This document shows positions 1 to 11,300 of a stretch of DNA of 38,758 nt, piece after piece (positions within the stretch are counted from its first letter, which is position 1; each line of letters starts with the position of its first letter). The stretch is from a virus. A program made the position numbers and the translations under genes. The notes beneath the pieces were generated by a model. That model did not search any database, had not been told where the DNA came from, and saw only the letters and a list, made by a program, of their open reading frames with translations. Location of the stretch: the IMG/VR virus record IMGVR_UViG_3300024346_000197; one strand, given 5' to 3'.

Positions 1-127
1 ACACAATTGTTGACCAGTTTGCTCGTGAAGGCTTCCAACGCATTTATGCGCTGGAACGCCGCTGGCCATACCTACAAGAAACCTACACATTCAACACGGT
101 TGTCAATCAACGAGAATACACCATTTC
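1..127. repeat. Terminal direct repeat, copy 1 (identical to 38632..38758); the contig closes on itself
   Basis: Bases 1..127 (acacaattgttgacc...gaatacaccatttc) recur exactly at 38632..38758. An ORF is continuous in frame across the junction. Confidence 0.95.
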
Positions 128-623
128 AACTATTGGTGACATTCGAGAAATCATTTCGGTTCTTGACACAAGTTCTTCTGGTGCACGTTTGACACTTATC
201 CCTTACGACAATGCTGAAGAGATTTGGCTTGGCAATACCGATGTTCCATCACGACCTTATTTTTATTCGTTCTGGGACAAGAAGCTTCAACTGTGGGCGA
301 AACCAGACGCTGTGTACCCAATGACGGTTCGTGCTTTTAGGAACCCTGTTTATACTTGGTTGTCAAATCCCGATGAAACCATCGACCTTGACGAATGGTT
401 TCATGCTTTGCTTCCGTACTTTGTACTTGGAAGAGTTTACCAAAGGCAAGAAGATGCACAGTTGTCTCAAATGTATTTGAATTCATTTGAACAAGGTGTT
501 GGTCTTGCACGTCGTGACTTGATGAAAGCATCAAGTGCACAGCCAGTTGTTATGTCTGGTGGTCGTCAGTATCCAACTATGCGTCGTTGGTTGCAGACGC
601 TTGGGGCGACTATTGGCCAATGA
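3..623 (+). CDS. 3' portion of the wrap-around CDS that starts at 38559 (231 aa in total); head-tail adaptor / tail tubular A-like, assigned by position only
   Basis: Frame 3 is open from base 3 and continues the protein ...DLPNTIVDQFAREGFQRIYALERRWPYLQ... begun at 38559. The stop at 621..623 overlaps the next ATG (ATGA). It lies directly upstream of the large beta-rich tail gene, as gp11-type genes do in T7-like layouts. Confidence 0.6.
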   Translation, partial: TIVDQFAREGFQRIYALERRWPYLQETYTFNTVVNQREYTISTIGDIREIISVLDTSSSGARLTLIPYDNAEEIWLGNTDVPSRPYFYSFWDKKLQLWAKPDAVYPMTVRAFRNPVYTWLSNPDETIDLDEWFHALLPYFVLGRVYQRQEDAQLSQMYLNSFEQGVGLARRDLMKASSAQPVVMSGGRQYPTMRRWLQTLGATIGQ

Positions 624-2233
624 GCAATGTATCCGTTGAACGCTACGACGACTTTACTGGTGGTCTGAATCTTAGGGCTGACCAATTCCAGTTAAAGCGT
701 AATGAGTCACCCGACATGCTAAATGTCGAGGTTGACCCTCGTGGTGGTTTGTTTGCTCGTGGCGGTATGCGTGAAATAAATAGTACTGCTATTACGGGTA
801 CATGGGCTCCACACAAGTTGTATCCATTTGCTGGTGCAATACCATACTTGATGTTGGCTAACGGTACAAAAGTTTTGAAATCTACGGGTGGCAACTTTAC
901 TACTCTGCAATACTCTGCTGGCAATGATGTGGTCGCAACTGCTGCACATGGTGCCTGCATGACTACTTGGGGTAAGACTCTGTATATGACTACTGGTACT
1001 TCTGGTAGTGGTGGTTATTCTTGGGCAAGTACCGATACGTATGCGACTGCGTTGACTGCTTCTGGCACGAATCCTAAAGATTGGCAAACAACAGCAGATG
1101 CCTCCGCCCACAAGATGCCTACTGCGGAACATATTACGATTCATGCAAACAAAATGGTTGTTGCCAACACCATTGAAAATGGTGTGGCTTTTCCGAATCG
1201 TGTTCGTTGGTCTTTGGAATCAATTCCAGACAACTGGGACAAAGATGATTGTATTGATTTTGAGGGTGGTGGAGACGGCATAACGGCTTTAGCCGTTGTT
1301 GCCGGTCAGCTTGTTGTTTTCAAACCAACCGCAGTTTATGTTGTTTATGGATATGACTTTGCAGATTTTCAAGTTGTCCAGTTGTCACCACAACTTGGTG
1401 CATTGTTTCATGAACATGTTGCCGTAGCACCCGATGGTGTTTATTTCTTTTCACACCCACAGGGATTGTATTTTTACAACGGTACACAGTTGATTGACGT
1501 GTTTTCTAACTTGAAGTCAATGTATCCGGAAGGATTTATTAACTCTACTGAAGATGACCAAATACATGTGTCGTACGCAAATGACCGTGTTTGGCTGGCA
1601 ATGCCTTTTTCAAGAACTACATCTGTGAATTATCCATCGATTTGTTTTGTTTATGACCCAACAATTAATGATGGTTCTTGGACTGCTTTTCAGATTGCTG
1701 ATGGTTATGCACCAATTAGTGGAACCGATTGGACGAACTCTTCTGGTGTATCTAATCCATACATGATTCACCCTAATATTCCTCGTGTTCTTCAAGTTGA
1801 TGTTTATACAGAGGAAAAAGATTTGCTTGCAACCGTTGAAACAAACTTTAGTTCATATTATAGAACTGGTTGGGTTGATGGTCGTTCTTATTCGATGAAG
1901 AAGATGTGGCGTAGACCAGACATTGTTGTTAAGCAGGTTGATACTGCAAGAACAATTAACGTCAAAGTGTTTCACAACTTTGAAGAAGCAAATGGTAACG
2001 AACGCAAAACGTTTAATATTTCACTTGATTCATCTGCGAGCGGAATGCTTTGGGGTGAAGGTCGTTGGGGTACTGGCAAATGGGGTGTCCAAGCAGCGGG
2101 AGCACAGGTTCTTCGTGGTTCTAATCTTGGTCTTGCACGTTCTGTGCAATTGTTGTTTACTGGTCCAGGTGGCTTGTATTGGGGTATTGACAGCATTGCA
2201 TACAAATTTAATACACGAAAGGTTACTGGATAA
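620..2233 (+). CDS. Large tail protein, tail tubular B / nozzle-like (537 aa)
   Basis: ATG at 620 overlaps the upstream stop. The N-terminus reads MSNVSVERYDDFTGGLNLRADQFQLKRNESPDMLNVEVDPRGGLFARGG. Composition is Gly/Thr/Trp/Tyr-rich and beta-type. Position is after the adaptor-like gene and before the internal-protein genes. Confidence 0.6.
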   Translation: MSNVSVERYDDFTGGLNLRADQFQLKRNESPDMLNVEVDPRGGLFARGGMREINSTAITGTWAPHKLYPFAGAIPYLMLANGTKVLKSTGGNFTTLQYSAGNDVVATAAHGACMTTWGKTLYMTTGTSGSGGYSWASTDTYATALTASGTNPKDWQTTADASAHKMPTAEHITIHANKMVVANTIENGVAFPNRVRWSLESIPDNWDKDDCIDFEGGGDGITALAVVAGQLVVFKPTAVYVVYGYDFADFQVVQLSPQLGALFHEHVAVAPDGVYFFSHPQGLYFYNGTQLIDVFSNLKSMYPEGFINSTEDDQIHVSYANDRVWLAMPFSRTTSVNYPSICFVYDPTINDGSWTAFQIADGYAPISGTDWTNSSGVSNPYMIHPNIPRVLQVDVYTEEKDLLATVETNFSSYYRTGWVDGRSYSMKKMWRRPDIVVKQVDTARTINVKVFHNFEEANGNERKTFNISLDSSASGMLWGEGRWGTGKWGVQAAGAQVLRGSNLGLARSVQLLFTGPGGLYWGIDSIAYKFNTRKVTG

Positions 2234-2511
2234 TGGCTATTACTATTCCACACAGTTTTACTAGCGGAGCAATCGCTTCAGCGTCAGAAATGAATGCAAA
2301 CTTTAATGCCGTTAAAGCATATGTTGACGACATATCTGATGGTACAAATATTGATTCTGCTGCAATCACTAACGCAAAACTTGCTACTAATGCTGTTACT
2401 ACATTAAAGATTGCTGATGCTTCTGTGACTTTTGCAAAACTTGACTCAGGAGCACTTACGAGTATTGTAGAAAATGACCAGACCATTTTGGCAAGTCAGG
2501 TATTTGGCTGA
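2233..2511 (+). CDS. Short fibre-like structural protein (92 aa)
   Basis: TAATG overlap with the upstream gene. The N-terminus MAITIPHSFTSGAIASASEMNANFNAV and the repeated I-x-x-A-K-L/A-x-x-A-V segments (AAITNAKLATNAVTTLKIADASVTFAKL) resemble phage tail-fibre N-termini. Confidence 0.55.
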   Translation: MAITIPHSFTSGAIASASEMNANFNAVKAYVDDISDGTNIDSAAITNAKLATNAVTTLKIADASVTFAKLDSGALTSIVENDQTILASQVFG

Positions 2512-2678
2512 TGGAATACATTGTTGTTCCAGCAATCAATACTCTTAAGTCGACTGATGCTGTAGCAATTCGTGAAATTACTTTTACTTTAATCAAAGAA
2601 ATAACGAAACTAAGAAAAGAATTAGAAGACATGAAAAACATGCAAAGAGAAACATCAAGAAGGAGTGCTAACAGATAA
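2511..2678 (+). CDS. Small hypothetical protein (55 aa, basic coiled C-terminus)
   Basis: Not in the ORF track because it is under 60 aa. ATG at 2511 overlaps the upstream TGA (TGATG) and the stop overlaps the next ATG (TAATG), filling an otherwise unexplained gap. Sequence: MEYIVVPAINTLKSTDAVAIREITFTLIKEITKLRKELEDMKNMQRETSRRSANR. Confidence 0.5.
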   Translation: MEYIVVPAINTLKSTDAVAIREITFTLIKEITKLRKELEDMKNMQRETSRRSANR

Positions 2679-3109
2679 TGGCTTACAATCCAGCACTTTT
2701 TGAACAGCAACGCCGTGGGTTGATGGATAACTATTCTGCCACTGGTGCAATGCAGGCTTATGCTAATTTTATTTCAAACCAACGTGGAGCACGTGGTTTG
2801 CAAGACCTTCGTGAAGGTTATCAGAAACAACAGCAACCTTTGGTTGCGTCGTTTGGTCGTCGTGGACTACAAGGACCCAATGTTCGTTCCGGTGCTTTTA
2901 GAAAAGCAATGGCTGATTTTGGAAAGAATCAAACACGTGAAACTGCTGATTTTCAGCGTTCATTGGATGAACAGAACCAACAGTTTGGTTTTAACAACAG
3001 GCAGCGAGAAGCACAATACCAATCAGATTTGGCGAATCTTGAAAGTGATAAGGCTTCACAAATAGAACAAGATGCTTTGGCATTGATGCAGATGAGAGCA
3101 GGAGTTTAA
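2678..3109 (+). CDS. Q/R-rich hypothetical virion protein (143 aa), possible internal/ejection protein
   Basis: Coupled ORF chain. Gln/Arg-rich helical composition. Occupies the position of the T7 gp13/14-type genes. Confidence 0.6.
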   Translation: MAYNPALFEQQRRGLMDNYSATGAMQAYANFISNQRGARGLQDLREGYQKQQQPLVASFGRRGLQGPNVRSGAFRKAMADFGKNQTRETADFQRSLDEQNQQFGFNNRQREAQYQSDLANLESDKASQIEQDALALMQMRAGV

Positions 3110-3110
3110 T

Positions 3111-4325
3111 ATGGCAGCAGATAGAGGGACTAATCAGCAGGGCAAGAAAGTTGTTGCTACATCTCCTGGTGTAACTACTTGGCCAACACCAACGAGAGAC
3201 TTTCAACCAACTACTGCAATAAGCGATTACGGTACAAATGCTGACCGTCTTTCACGTACTGCTTGGTTGGATTCTACCAACAGGATTAACAATGACCCGT
3301 TCAATTATGATGCCGCTACTCCTGAACAACGTGCTGCTTACAACATGAAGCATTATGGAGATGAAAGTGCACCAACTGTTGGTTCCGTTGATATCAAAAA
3401 TCCAAATGCTGGTCTTGCTGCTGCTTTGGGTGCTGGTGGTGGTGGAACTTCTGCTTCGGGTCTTGAAATGCTTAAGTATCAAGACGCACAGCGTCAAGCA
3501 GTACTTGACAAAGTTAAGGAACAAGCACGCTACAAAGCCTTGCAAGATTATTACCAGACTGGTGACTGGCGTGAACTGTATAAGAATCTTGGTTCACAAC
3601 TAGACGCAATGCAGACTCAGGGAACTGGTCAGATTGATGATATTTACAATCAGTCTTTGGCAAATATTGGTGCGGGCTACGCTGACGCTAGCCGCATGAC
3701 TGGACAGGGTTACAATGCGTTGAACCAGTATCTTGCACAAAACAATTTGAATCCATACGCTGGTGCATCGTTTACTCCGACCACAGTCCAGGATGGTTCA
3801 CAGCAGTTTATGCAGGCTTATGGTGTTGACGCACCAGAGGTTGCACAACAGGCGGCCACAGAGAATGCTTATAACCAACAAGGTGCACAGGGCTTTAACA
3901 CTATGTATGACCTTTTGAGTCGTGCAGCACAGCAGTCACAACAGTCAAGAATGAATGAATCTCAGATGGCACAGAACTTTGCTAATCAGGGTTTGTCGTC
4001 GACTCGTGCTGCTTATGAAGCAATGGCTGCTAAAAGCAGGCAGGAATCGCTTTCTGATTTGCTCAATAAGATATCGTCTAGTCGTTTTGACCTTTCTCAA
4101 CAAGAAGGAGAAAAGGGTCAGACCCTTCAAGAGCAGATTCTTGCCAATACTGGTAATGATGCTCCGCTTACAAAGCAGGAGCAGATTACAAAGCTTGCTG
4201 CACAAGCACCGAACTTTAAGGCAGCGATTGCCCAGTTTGCTCCTGACTATATTGCCAAGAACCCTAAGGCTTCTGTGGCCGAACTTAAGAAGAAGTTTCC
4301 TGAGTTGGCTAAAGCCTTCAAGTAA
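3111..4325 (+). CDS. Q/A/N-rich hypothetical virion protein (404 aa), possible internal/ejection protein
   Basis: ATG lies 1 nt after the upstream stop. Long Gln/Ala/Asn-rich helical sequence (QQAATENAYNQQGAQGF, AQQSQQSRMNESQMAQNF). Function is positional only. Confidence 0.6.
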   Translation: MAADRGTNQQGKKVVATSPGVTTWPTPTRDFQPTTAISDYGTNADRLSRTAWLDSTNRINNDPFNYDAATPEQRAAYNMKHYGDESAPTVGSVDIKNPNAGLAAALGAGGGGTSASGLEMLKYQDAQRQAVLDKVKEQARYKALQDYYQTGDWRELYKNLGSQLDAMQTQGTGQIDDIYNQSLANIGAGYADASRMTGQGYNALNQYLAQNNLNPYAGASFTPTTVQDGSQQFMQAYGVDAPEVAQQAATENAYNQQGAQGFNTMYDLLSRAAQQSQQSRMNESQMAQNFANQGLSSTRAAYEAMAAKSRQESLSDLLNKISSSRFDLSQQEGEKGQTLQEQILANTGNDAPLTKQEQITKLAAQAPNFKAAIAQFAPDYIAKNPKASVAELKKKFPELAKAFK

Positions 4326-4343
4326 CGAAAGGGCTTATTGAGT

Positions 4344-5324
4344 ATGGACGAGCAGACACTTGCGCTTATTGCGGCGATGCAATCTGGGAAATTAACAGAC
4401 TATTCCTCGGCAACAATGGACCCTGTGCTGTCTTATTTGATGGGGACTTATCGCCCTAAGCCACAGTTTGATGAGACGCAGATGTGGGAGCGTTATGCTC
4501 CCAACACTCTGCTGGCCGCACAGGGAGACCCTAAGGACCCATACACAATTGCTGCAGCAAAGATTCGTGCTGGTGCAGCACCTTGGAGTCTTTATGATGA
4601 GATTCCAAAAGATGTTAAACGTGGTTCTTGGACAAAGTTTGTTGACTCAATTGCCAATGAACAGCAGATTGTTAAATCGAAGATGATGGAACAGGCATTA
4701 GAACAAGACCCATTTGAGAAGCAGGGTCTTCCACGTGCTGATGCAAAGTATCAGCTTGAAGACATGTACAAGTACAACCCAGATGCTTTCAGCAAAATCA
4801 TGGAAGGTTTTGATGCAGCATCTGCTGCTGAAAACAAGAAGAGGTCTGAAATTCGTGGCATGTACGGTGATGTTTTTGCAACAAATGAAGCAGACAAAAT
4901 GAAAATGGCAATGGAAATTCAAAAACAAAATGCTCGTGATAATAAAAAGAAAGAATCAAGCGATTCCGTTTTAAGCACTATTCGTACTGGATTCGGTAAA
5001 GGAATGAGAATATTTCCGATGGTTGTTAGTCAGTATTATGGTGACGAATTTGACCAAAAGAAAAGAGCAACAGAGGCACTTGGTAAAGACGAATTCAAAG
5101 GACCCATTAAAGATTTAGGTAAGTCAGCAATGAATGATGCTTATGCAACTTTTCTTGAATCAATGCTTGCTCGCAAACCAGGAACTGCAAGTCGAAAGGT
5201 GTCTGACGCCGAGAGACTTGCTGGTGTAATACAAACAGAACTTGAATCACGAGGTGGTAGTCCATTAAAAGATGCACTTATACAAGCCGCAATGATGAAG
5301 GCTGTATTGAAGCGTGGTAAGTAA
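4344..5324 (+). CDS. Hypothetical virion protein (326 aa from ATG 4344; the ORF opens at TTG 4338)
   Basis: Open frame 4338..5324 with aaaggg upstream of ATG 4344. Lys/Glu/Ala/Met-rich helical sequence. Sits between the internal-protein candidates and the giant gene. Confidence 0.65.
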   Translation: MDEQTLALIAAMQSGKLTDYSSATMDPVLSYLMGTYRPKPQFDETQMWERYAPNTLLAAQGDPKDPYTIAAAKIRAGAAPWSLYDEIPKDVKRGSWTKFVDSIANEQQIVKSKMMEQALEQDPFEKQGLPRADAKYQLEDMYKYNPDAFSKIMEGFDAASAAENKKRSEIRGMYGDVFATNEADKMKMAMEIQKQNARDNKKKESSDSVLSTIRTGFGKGMRIFPMVVSQYYGDEFDQKKRATEALGKDEFKGPIKDLGKSAMNDAYATFLESMLARKPGTASRKVSDAERLAGVIQTELESRGGSPLKDALIQAAMMKAVLKRGK

Positions 5325-8300
5325 AAACCAAGATTCCAACGAAGTTCTTAATGCCCTAAAGCAAATTACTGCTAGCAAGGCACCAAAGAGACAGAGTGTT
5401 TTGCCAGATATTGGTAGACCCATTGTTCGTGAATCTTCTCTAACCGAGAATCTCCTCAAGCAACTTGATTCGAATCCATACAGGAAACCCGGTACGTTTT
5501 TTCCCAAGACACTAGAGTCTTCTGATAATTCAAAACTAGAAAATGCTCTTACTAACGCTAAGAATGCGAGTAGTATTCTTGGCACTTTGGGCAATATTAT
5601 GAATGTTGCTGACATACCTAAGCGTGCTGTTATTTCTTCTTTGAGAGAAACTATAGATGCTCTGGATGGTAATGAAGAAACCAAAGCATCTTTTTCTGAT
5701 TGGAAAGAACAAGTTGGAGATAGGGAATACGGTTTTGGTAAAGCATTTCCGATGAAGGGTTGGGCTGGACGTGCAATGGGTTTGACTGGTGACTTGTTGT
5801 TTGACCCGGTTAACTGGGCAACATTTGGTGGTTCTATTCCTTTTAAGGCTGTTATTAAAATGAGTGCTAGGGAGTTTATTGAACTGTCAGCAAAAGAACT
5901 TGCTGAAGGTTCTACAAGGAAATTTATTGTTAAGAAGACTCTTGAAAATGGCGATGTGTTGGTTAAAGCAAGAAGCGTTCTTGGCAAGAATGTTATTGGA
6001 CGAGATGGTCGTGCTGCTCTTGGTAGGTTTACCAAGAAGAGATTAACTTTCTTGCGTGATGCTGGTGAAGATGGTTACAAACATCTTACCGATGATATGA
6101 TTACTAGAATTTCTGGTGAAGTTTACGCAGATGGTAAGCGTGTGTTTTTTAGAAATCCTAACCTTCCCGCTGGATTTGCGGAATCCATCGGTGTTCGGGG
6201 TCCAGGTATTTATTATTTTGGTAGTCGATTTAAGGTTCCTGGAACAACAGGTATTGGTCGTTTGGGCGAAGATGTATTGACTGAACTGCGTTTGTATGTG
6301 TCGACCACAAAAGCGGGTAAGGCTATTCGTACGGCTACAACTGGGCAAGGTGTTGGTCGTATTATGCGGATGGGTGTCAAGGGTGTTGACAAGAAAACTG
6401 GTGAAGACATAATTCTCAACGCATTGGTGCGGGCGAGAGTGAATCTTGCCGATGGTTCTTTGTTGTCCCCAGCGGAAATAAACCAAGCAATGGCCGTTAT
6501 AGAGATGCATGATTTTGCACGTATACGTCGTGTTGTCCACGTGGAATCTGAAAGCAACAATATGTCTCCACTTGCAGATGAGCTTGCTGCTGTTGAAAAT
6601 GGTTATAGGTATTTGGACCAGGTTCCTACAGCAGAAATACAAGCACGTGCTGCGTCTGGAGATACTGGTTCTGTGGTCGCCTTGAAGGTTAGACAGTACA
6701 TGGACTATTTGTGGTCAAGGGCTAATGCTCGTTCAAAGGCTGTTGGTGGAACGGAAATTCCATACAACGATGGATACTTTCCACACATGGAAACAGCACA
6801 GGCAAAACAAGACAGACTCTTAAAGGGTAATGACGCATTCGACGCCATGTTATATGGCGACGATGCGATGGACCCTTTGGCAAGGAACCAGATTCCAAAG
6901 TCAGACCGTAGAACAGTCTTTAATGAACGTCAGTTGGAAGAGGGTGACAAATGGTTTGGTGTAACTCTTAGACAAGCAGATTTGACCGCTGACAGACTAA
7001 ATGAAATTGCACGTGCAAGTGGCAGGGTTAATTTTGACATGTTTGAAACAAACACAACAAAAGTTCTTGCAGAATACTTGCAACAGTTCTCAGACCAAAT
7101 GAGTTGGTATGACGCTTTGGAGTATGGAGCTAAAGAGTTTCCAGACCTTTTGAGTTTTGGAGAAATGTTGATGAAGATTTCTCCAACGTATTCAAATGAA
7201 ATTATGAAGAAGCGACCTAACCAGATGTTTAGGGCTCTTGAAACAGCGATTCGTAAGCATTCGTTGTTTTTGGACAACTCGCTTACGAGTGTTAGAAATG
7301 AGTTGATTTCTAAGCATGGTTCATTTGAAGCAGCATTGATTGCAATGCGTGAGGGCACAATGTCGGCCACAGAACTTGACAGTTTGTTGAAAGCATTGAA
7401 TGAGCAGATGGCTGTTGCCGAAGGTCTTGATGCGCAATATAAGCAGATGCTTGCAGATATTTCTGCACAATTTGAAAATCGTGATGGAATCAGTGGTTTT
7501 AGTTTGTTTCTTGAGGGTACAAGAAGTGTTCAAGCATCTCAGAAGTTTGAGGAACTGAAAGCTTTGGTGAAAGAATTTTCTGGTTTTTCTTATGTTGACA
7601 TGACTCCAGAAAGATTACAACAACTTGAACCATTGTTTAGGGCTTACGAACAGTACACAGAGGCTGTTGGCGTGTTGTCACGAGACATTGAGTTTTCTTC
7701 ATTAGTGTCTGACGTATTTCCTGGTTTGAATAATCTTGGTGAGTACGGAGCGGCACAACAGTATGACATATTTGCAAAGATTATTGATGAACTTGGTGAA
7801 CCCAGCATGAGTACTACTGCTCGCCAGTTGTCTTCTCTATGGGGCCCAAAGAATCCAATTGAATTTAGGACTCTTGGTGTTAGTCGGGAAGCAATTGATG
7901 CTGTTTCACGCATGACTATTGATGATATTAACTCATTTCTTGATGAAGTAAGACTGATGGATGTTGACCAACTTGCGGTACTTGGTGATGGTGTGAAATC
8001 TGGTACTGGTAGGGGCAACAACTTTGCACTTTGGTTGCAGGCTCTTATTGTTGAGAATGAAAAGCTTGCTAGTGGTGGGTTTGAATCTAGTTTTCTTGAT
8101 GATGCGAAAACTTTTCTCGATATTAAAGTTCGCAAGAGAATGAACCCGTACGATTTTAACGCAGTTGACACAACTAAAGCTGATGGAACTTTTAATCAGT
8201 GGAAGTCTGCTGTTAAGAGACTTCTTGTTGGTGATGTTGAGGGTTTTGAGGATTTGTTGATTCAACAAAAAGCATTGTCAACGATTTACAAATGGCAAGA

Positions 8301-11300
8301 AATGTATGCTCCATTTGGAATTCAGATTGGTGATGATGTTATTGATGAAATAGTTCAACGTGAAGCAAGGGATTATGCGTTGATTGCTTTACGTAATGGT
8401 GATGAGAAAAGGTTTGCCGACCTCACCTCTGCAAAGTTTGGTCGAAATGGCGGTACTGGCCCACTTGGTACACATCGTCTGATTGAGCGTCAGCGTCAGA
8501 TATTTGAAGACATGATGGACTTGCATGGCTTTGATGTTAGGACTGGCACTTTTGCGGATGGCAAACCCCTTCCGGTTGCAACTAGGAAGCTTCCAGGCTC
8601 TCAATCACCTCGTGTTGAAAGCGTTATTAAAAACCTGTCCGAAGAACAGCAAAGACAATGGGCTCGTGTTTCTCAAGAAAACAAACAAGTACTTGATTAT
8701 GTTGATAGTCGTATTGAATTTATAAAGAATGCAAGAAACAACATGCAGTCAGGTAGTGAACTGCAAACGATTTGGGACTCTATATCCGAAAGATTTGTTA
8801 ATTCATTAAAGTCGATTGAGTCTGGTGAGTTGTTCAATATTGTGGACGACTCAGCATCTGGTGGAAAGATTTTATTTGATGATTTGATTACAGAAATGTA
8901 TGAGGTTGCCAAGCAGATAGGTGACGCTGCACGATTGAGTCAAGACCCAATTGCGGCTAGAACTATTGAAGATAACTGGAACAGTTTTATTGATGAAATG
9001 GCAAATCAAATTGAACGCACTAGGTTTATCTTGCAGAATTATAGTCCTGAAAGCCAGATGTATAAGCAACAAAAATTCCAAATTAGAATGATTATTTCTA
9101 ATAAGATGTTGCAAGAATTTGATGCAACTAAGACAATTTTCTTCAATGGGTTTAACTCTAATCTTGATTCAATGTCTGATGAGATGCTACGTCTTGTGCG
9201 TATGCGTAGGCAGGCTTCAAATGTTTTGAATAACCCAGAGGATTATTTTAGGACTGGGCCTGGCAGATTCGATACCAGCAATGTGGACGAATCAATACTT
9301 GCCGCACCTCGTTCTTTAGACGAGGGCGGAAGAGTTGTTGACACTAGAACTGGTGAACTTGTTCCGCCTACAGAGCAGGAGCTTGATGTGATAATTGCAA
9401 ATTATCGCAACAGCGACCAGATGCCGATTGCACGGTCTGCTGAGAATAATGCCAACCGTGCCCACAGTCTTGTGCATGTTGATTTGAGTAAGATGCCTGC
9501 AGACCAGATGCCTGGTGGTGTTGTGTTTACTCCAGACGAATGGGACAACATTGTTCTTGGTGGCGCACTTGAAACTGGTAGTCCTAAGTTTGATGCTTTC
9601 TTGACAGCATTGCGTAGTCAACGTGGTGGCGATGTTTCTGACGACAGGTTGATTGATGGGTTTGTTGATTTTGTTCTTACTAACTTTAGGGATACGGATG
9701 CAGTTGTCAAGAACAGTAAGGTTATTGCTTATCGTCGTAAACAGATTCGTTTGAACTGGAAAAAATCTGAGCATTACTCATGGTTGGAGAATTATAGGAC
9801 TTACGAGCAAAGGAAGTTTGCTAAGGCTTTTGCAGCGAATGCTTCTGATGAAGTCAGACAGCTTGATGCTGCCTCGAATGCAATTACTTATGTTAGAGAA
9901 GCGAGTAAGGAAGCAGTTGTTGATGTTCCTGCTTTTACGGTATCAAGAAGACAGTTGTTGATAAAAGCGTTTGATAATTTTATTGAGACTATGGAAAAAG
10001 TTCAGAAGACTATTCCCAAGAAAGAAACAAGAGTTGCTTTTATCGAAGAAGCAACTCCAAGTATTGACAAATCTTTTAACCCTGGTGCAAAAGAAGTTGC
10101 TGATGAGTTTGATGATTCTGTTGAGACAATCATTAATGATGCTCTTGGTATTGGAGAGGGTACATCCAAAAGCCCAAAGGTTAGCCAAGTTGAATCACGC
10201 ACTTTTCTTGGCAGAGATGGTGAAGGAATGGAGGTTGCTGATTTTGAAGCGCTTCCAATAACTGGTCTTTCTGGTTCTGATGAGGTTCTTCTTTTGAGGA
10301 ACAGGGAAAATGCAAGGGTTGTTGACTCATTTCTTAAAGGTTCTAATGTTGAGAAATCAACACAGCAACTTGAAAGAGAAGTTCGTATTCTTGAAACCTT
10401 GATAAATAACAAGATGGATACTCCATGGACTACGGGTAAGAGTAAGCGAGTTTTGGTTCGTTTACGTAAAGCAGAAATAGCAAAGCGTGAAGGATTTGTT
10501 GTTACTCCTGCGGGTTCAAGACTTAAGGGCAATTGGACTTATGGGCCATTACCATTTGATGATTTTGAAAGTGCAATTGAATATGCAAAAAGAATAGTCA
10601 GGGAAGAAAAACTCGTTCTTGCAAAACCCAAGGATGTTGAACGTTTGAAGAAATTTCTCGAACAGGCTGCGTACAGGACGAAGTACAACATGACTCCCGA
10701 ACTGCAAACAGCAGTAAATATTGTTAGTGGTCCTTCTGAAACTCAGATTGACAAGATGCTGTTTTCGGTTAATAGTTTTATTGATAATGCTTTGAAAAAG
10801 CGTAATGGCAAATACAATCGTAGTTTGGCTGTCACACCCGAAGATGTTGATTATTACATGTCAAAATTGAGAGAACCAGATTTTGATTATGAGGTTGCTG
10901 AATTAGCAGAACTTGATGATTTGCGTAATGCAATCAACTTGAAGAAACTTCCAGAAACCGAAATGGTTTCAGTCCCAAAGGATATGTCTCCTGTTGCTAC
11001 GGACGTCCCAATGGACGCCGCAGCCAAACTGCAAGCAGAGTTGGAATTACTTGGTAAGAGTTCGACCACAGAGGTGGAGCGATTGGGCAAAGATGTTGCT
11101 GAAGCCCGTTCTGTGGCCGACAGGTTGCAAGCAAAGTACGACTTGGGTGTTGCATCTAATGAGGCTGTTGATGAGGACCAGGTTAAATTTCTGCAGAACC
11201 GCATTGAGGTTTTGCAGAAATTGGTTGATGATTCACAGATTGAAGTTCGTGCCGGACGTGGTAAGCAGGCAACCCTTGATTACTCAGATGGTATTTCATT

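Noticed and set aside
1-127. The terminal repeat as a biological direct terminal repeat of a T7-like genome
   Set aside because: The repeat lies inside a coding sequence, not in a non-coding end region. Its exact 127-nt length is typical of an assembler overlap. A real DTR, if any, is more likely in the non-coding island at 25.45-26.25 kb.
7-192. 61-aa ORF at the window start
   Set aside because: It is in a different frame from the wrap-around CDS that demonstrably continues from 38559 through the repeat. It starts with TTG at the artificial contig end.
5265-6035. 256-aa antisense ORF, together with many other 60-200-aa ORFs on the minus strand inside 587..12717 and on the plus strand inside 13.1-26.5 kb
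   Set aside because: They lie wholly inside long, well-supported genes on the opposite strand. They are Ser/Leu/Pro/Arg-rich, as expected for antisense frames, and lack RBS or coupling.
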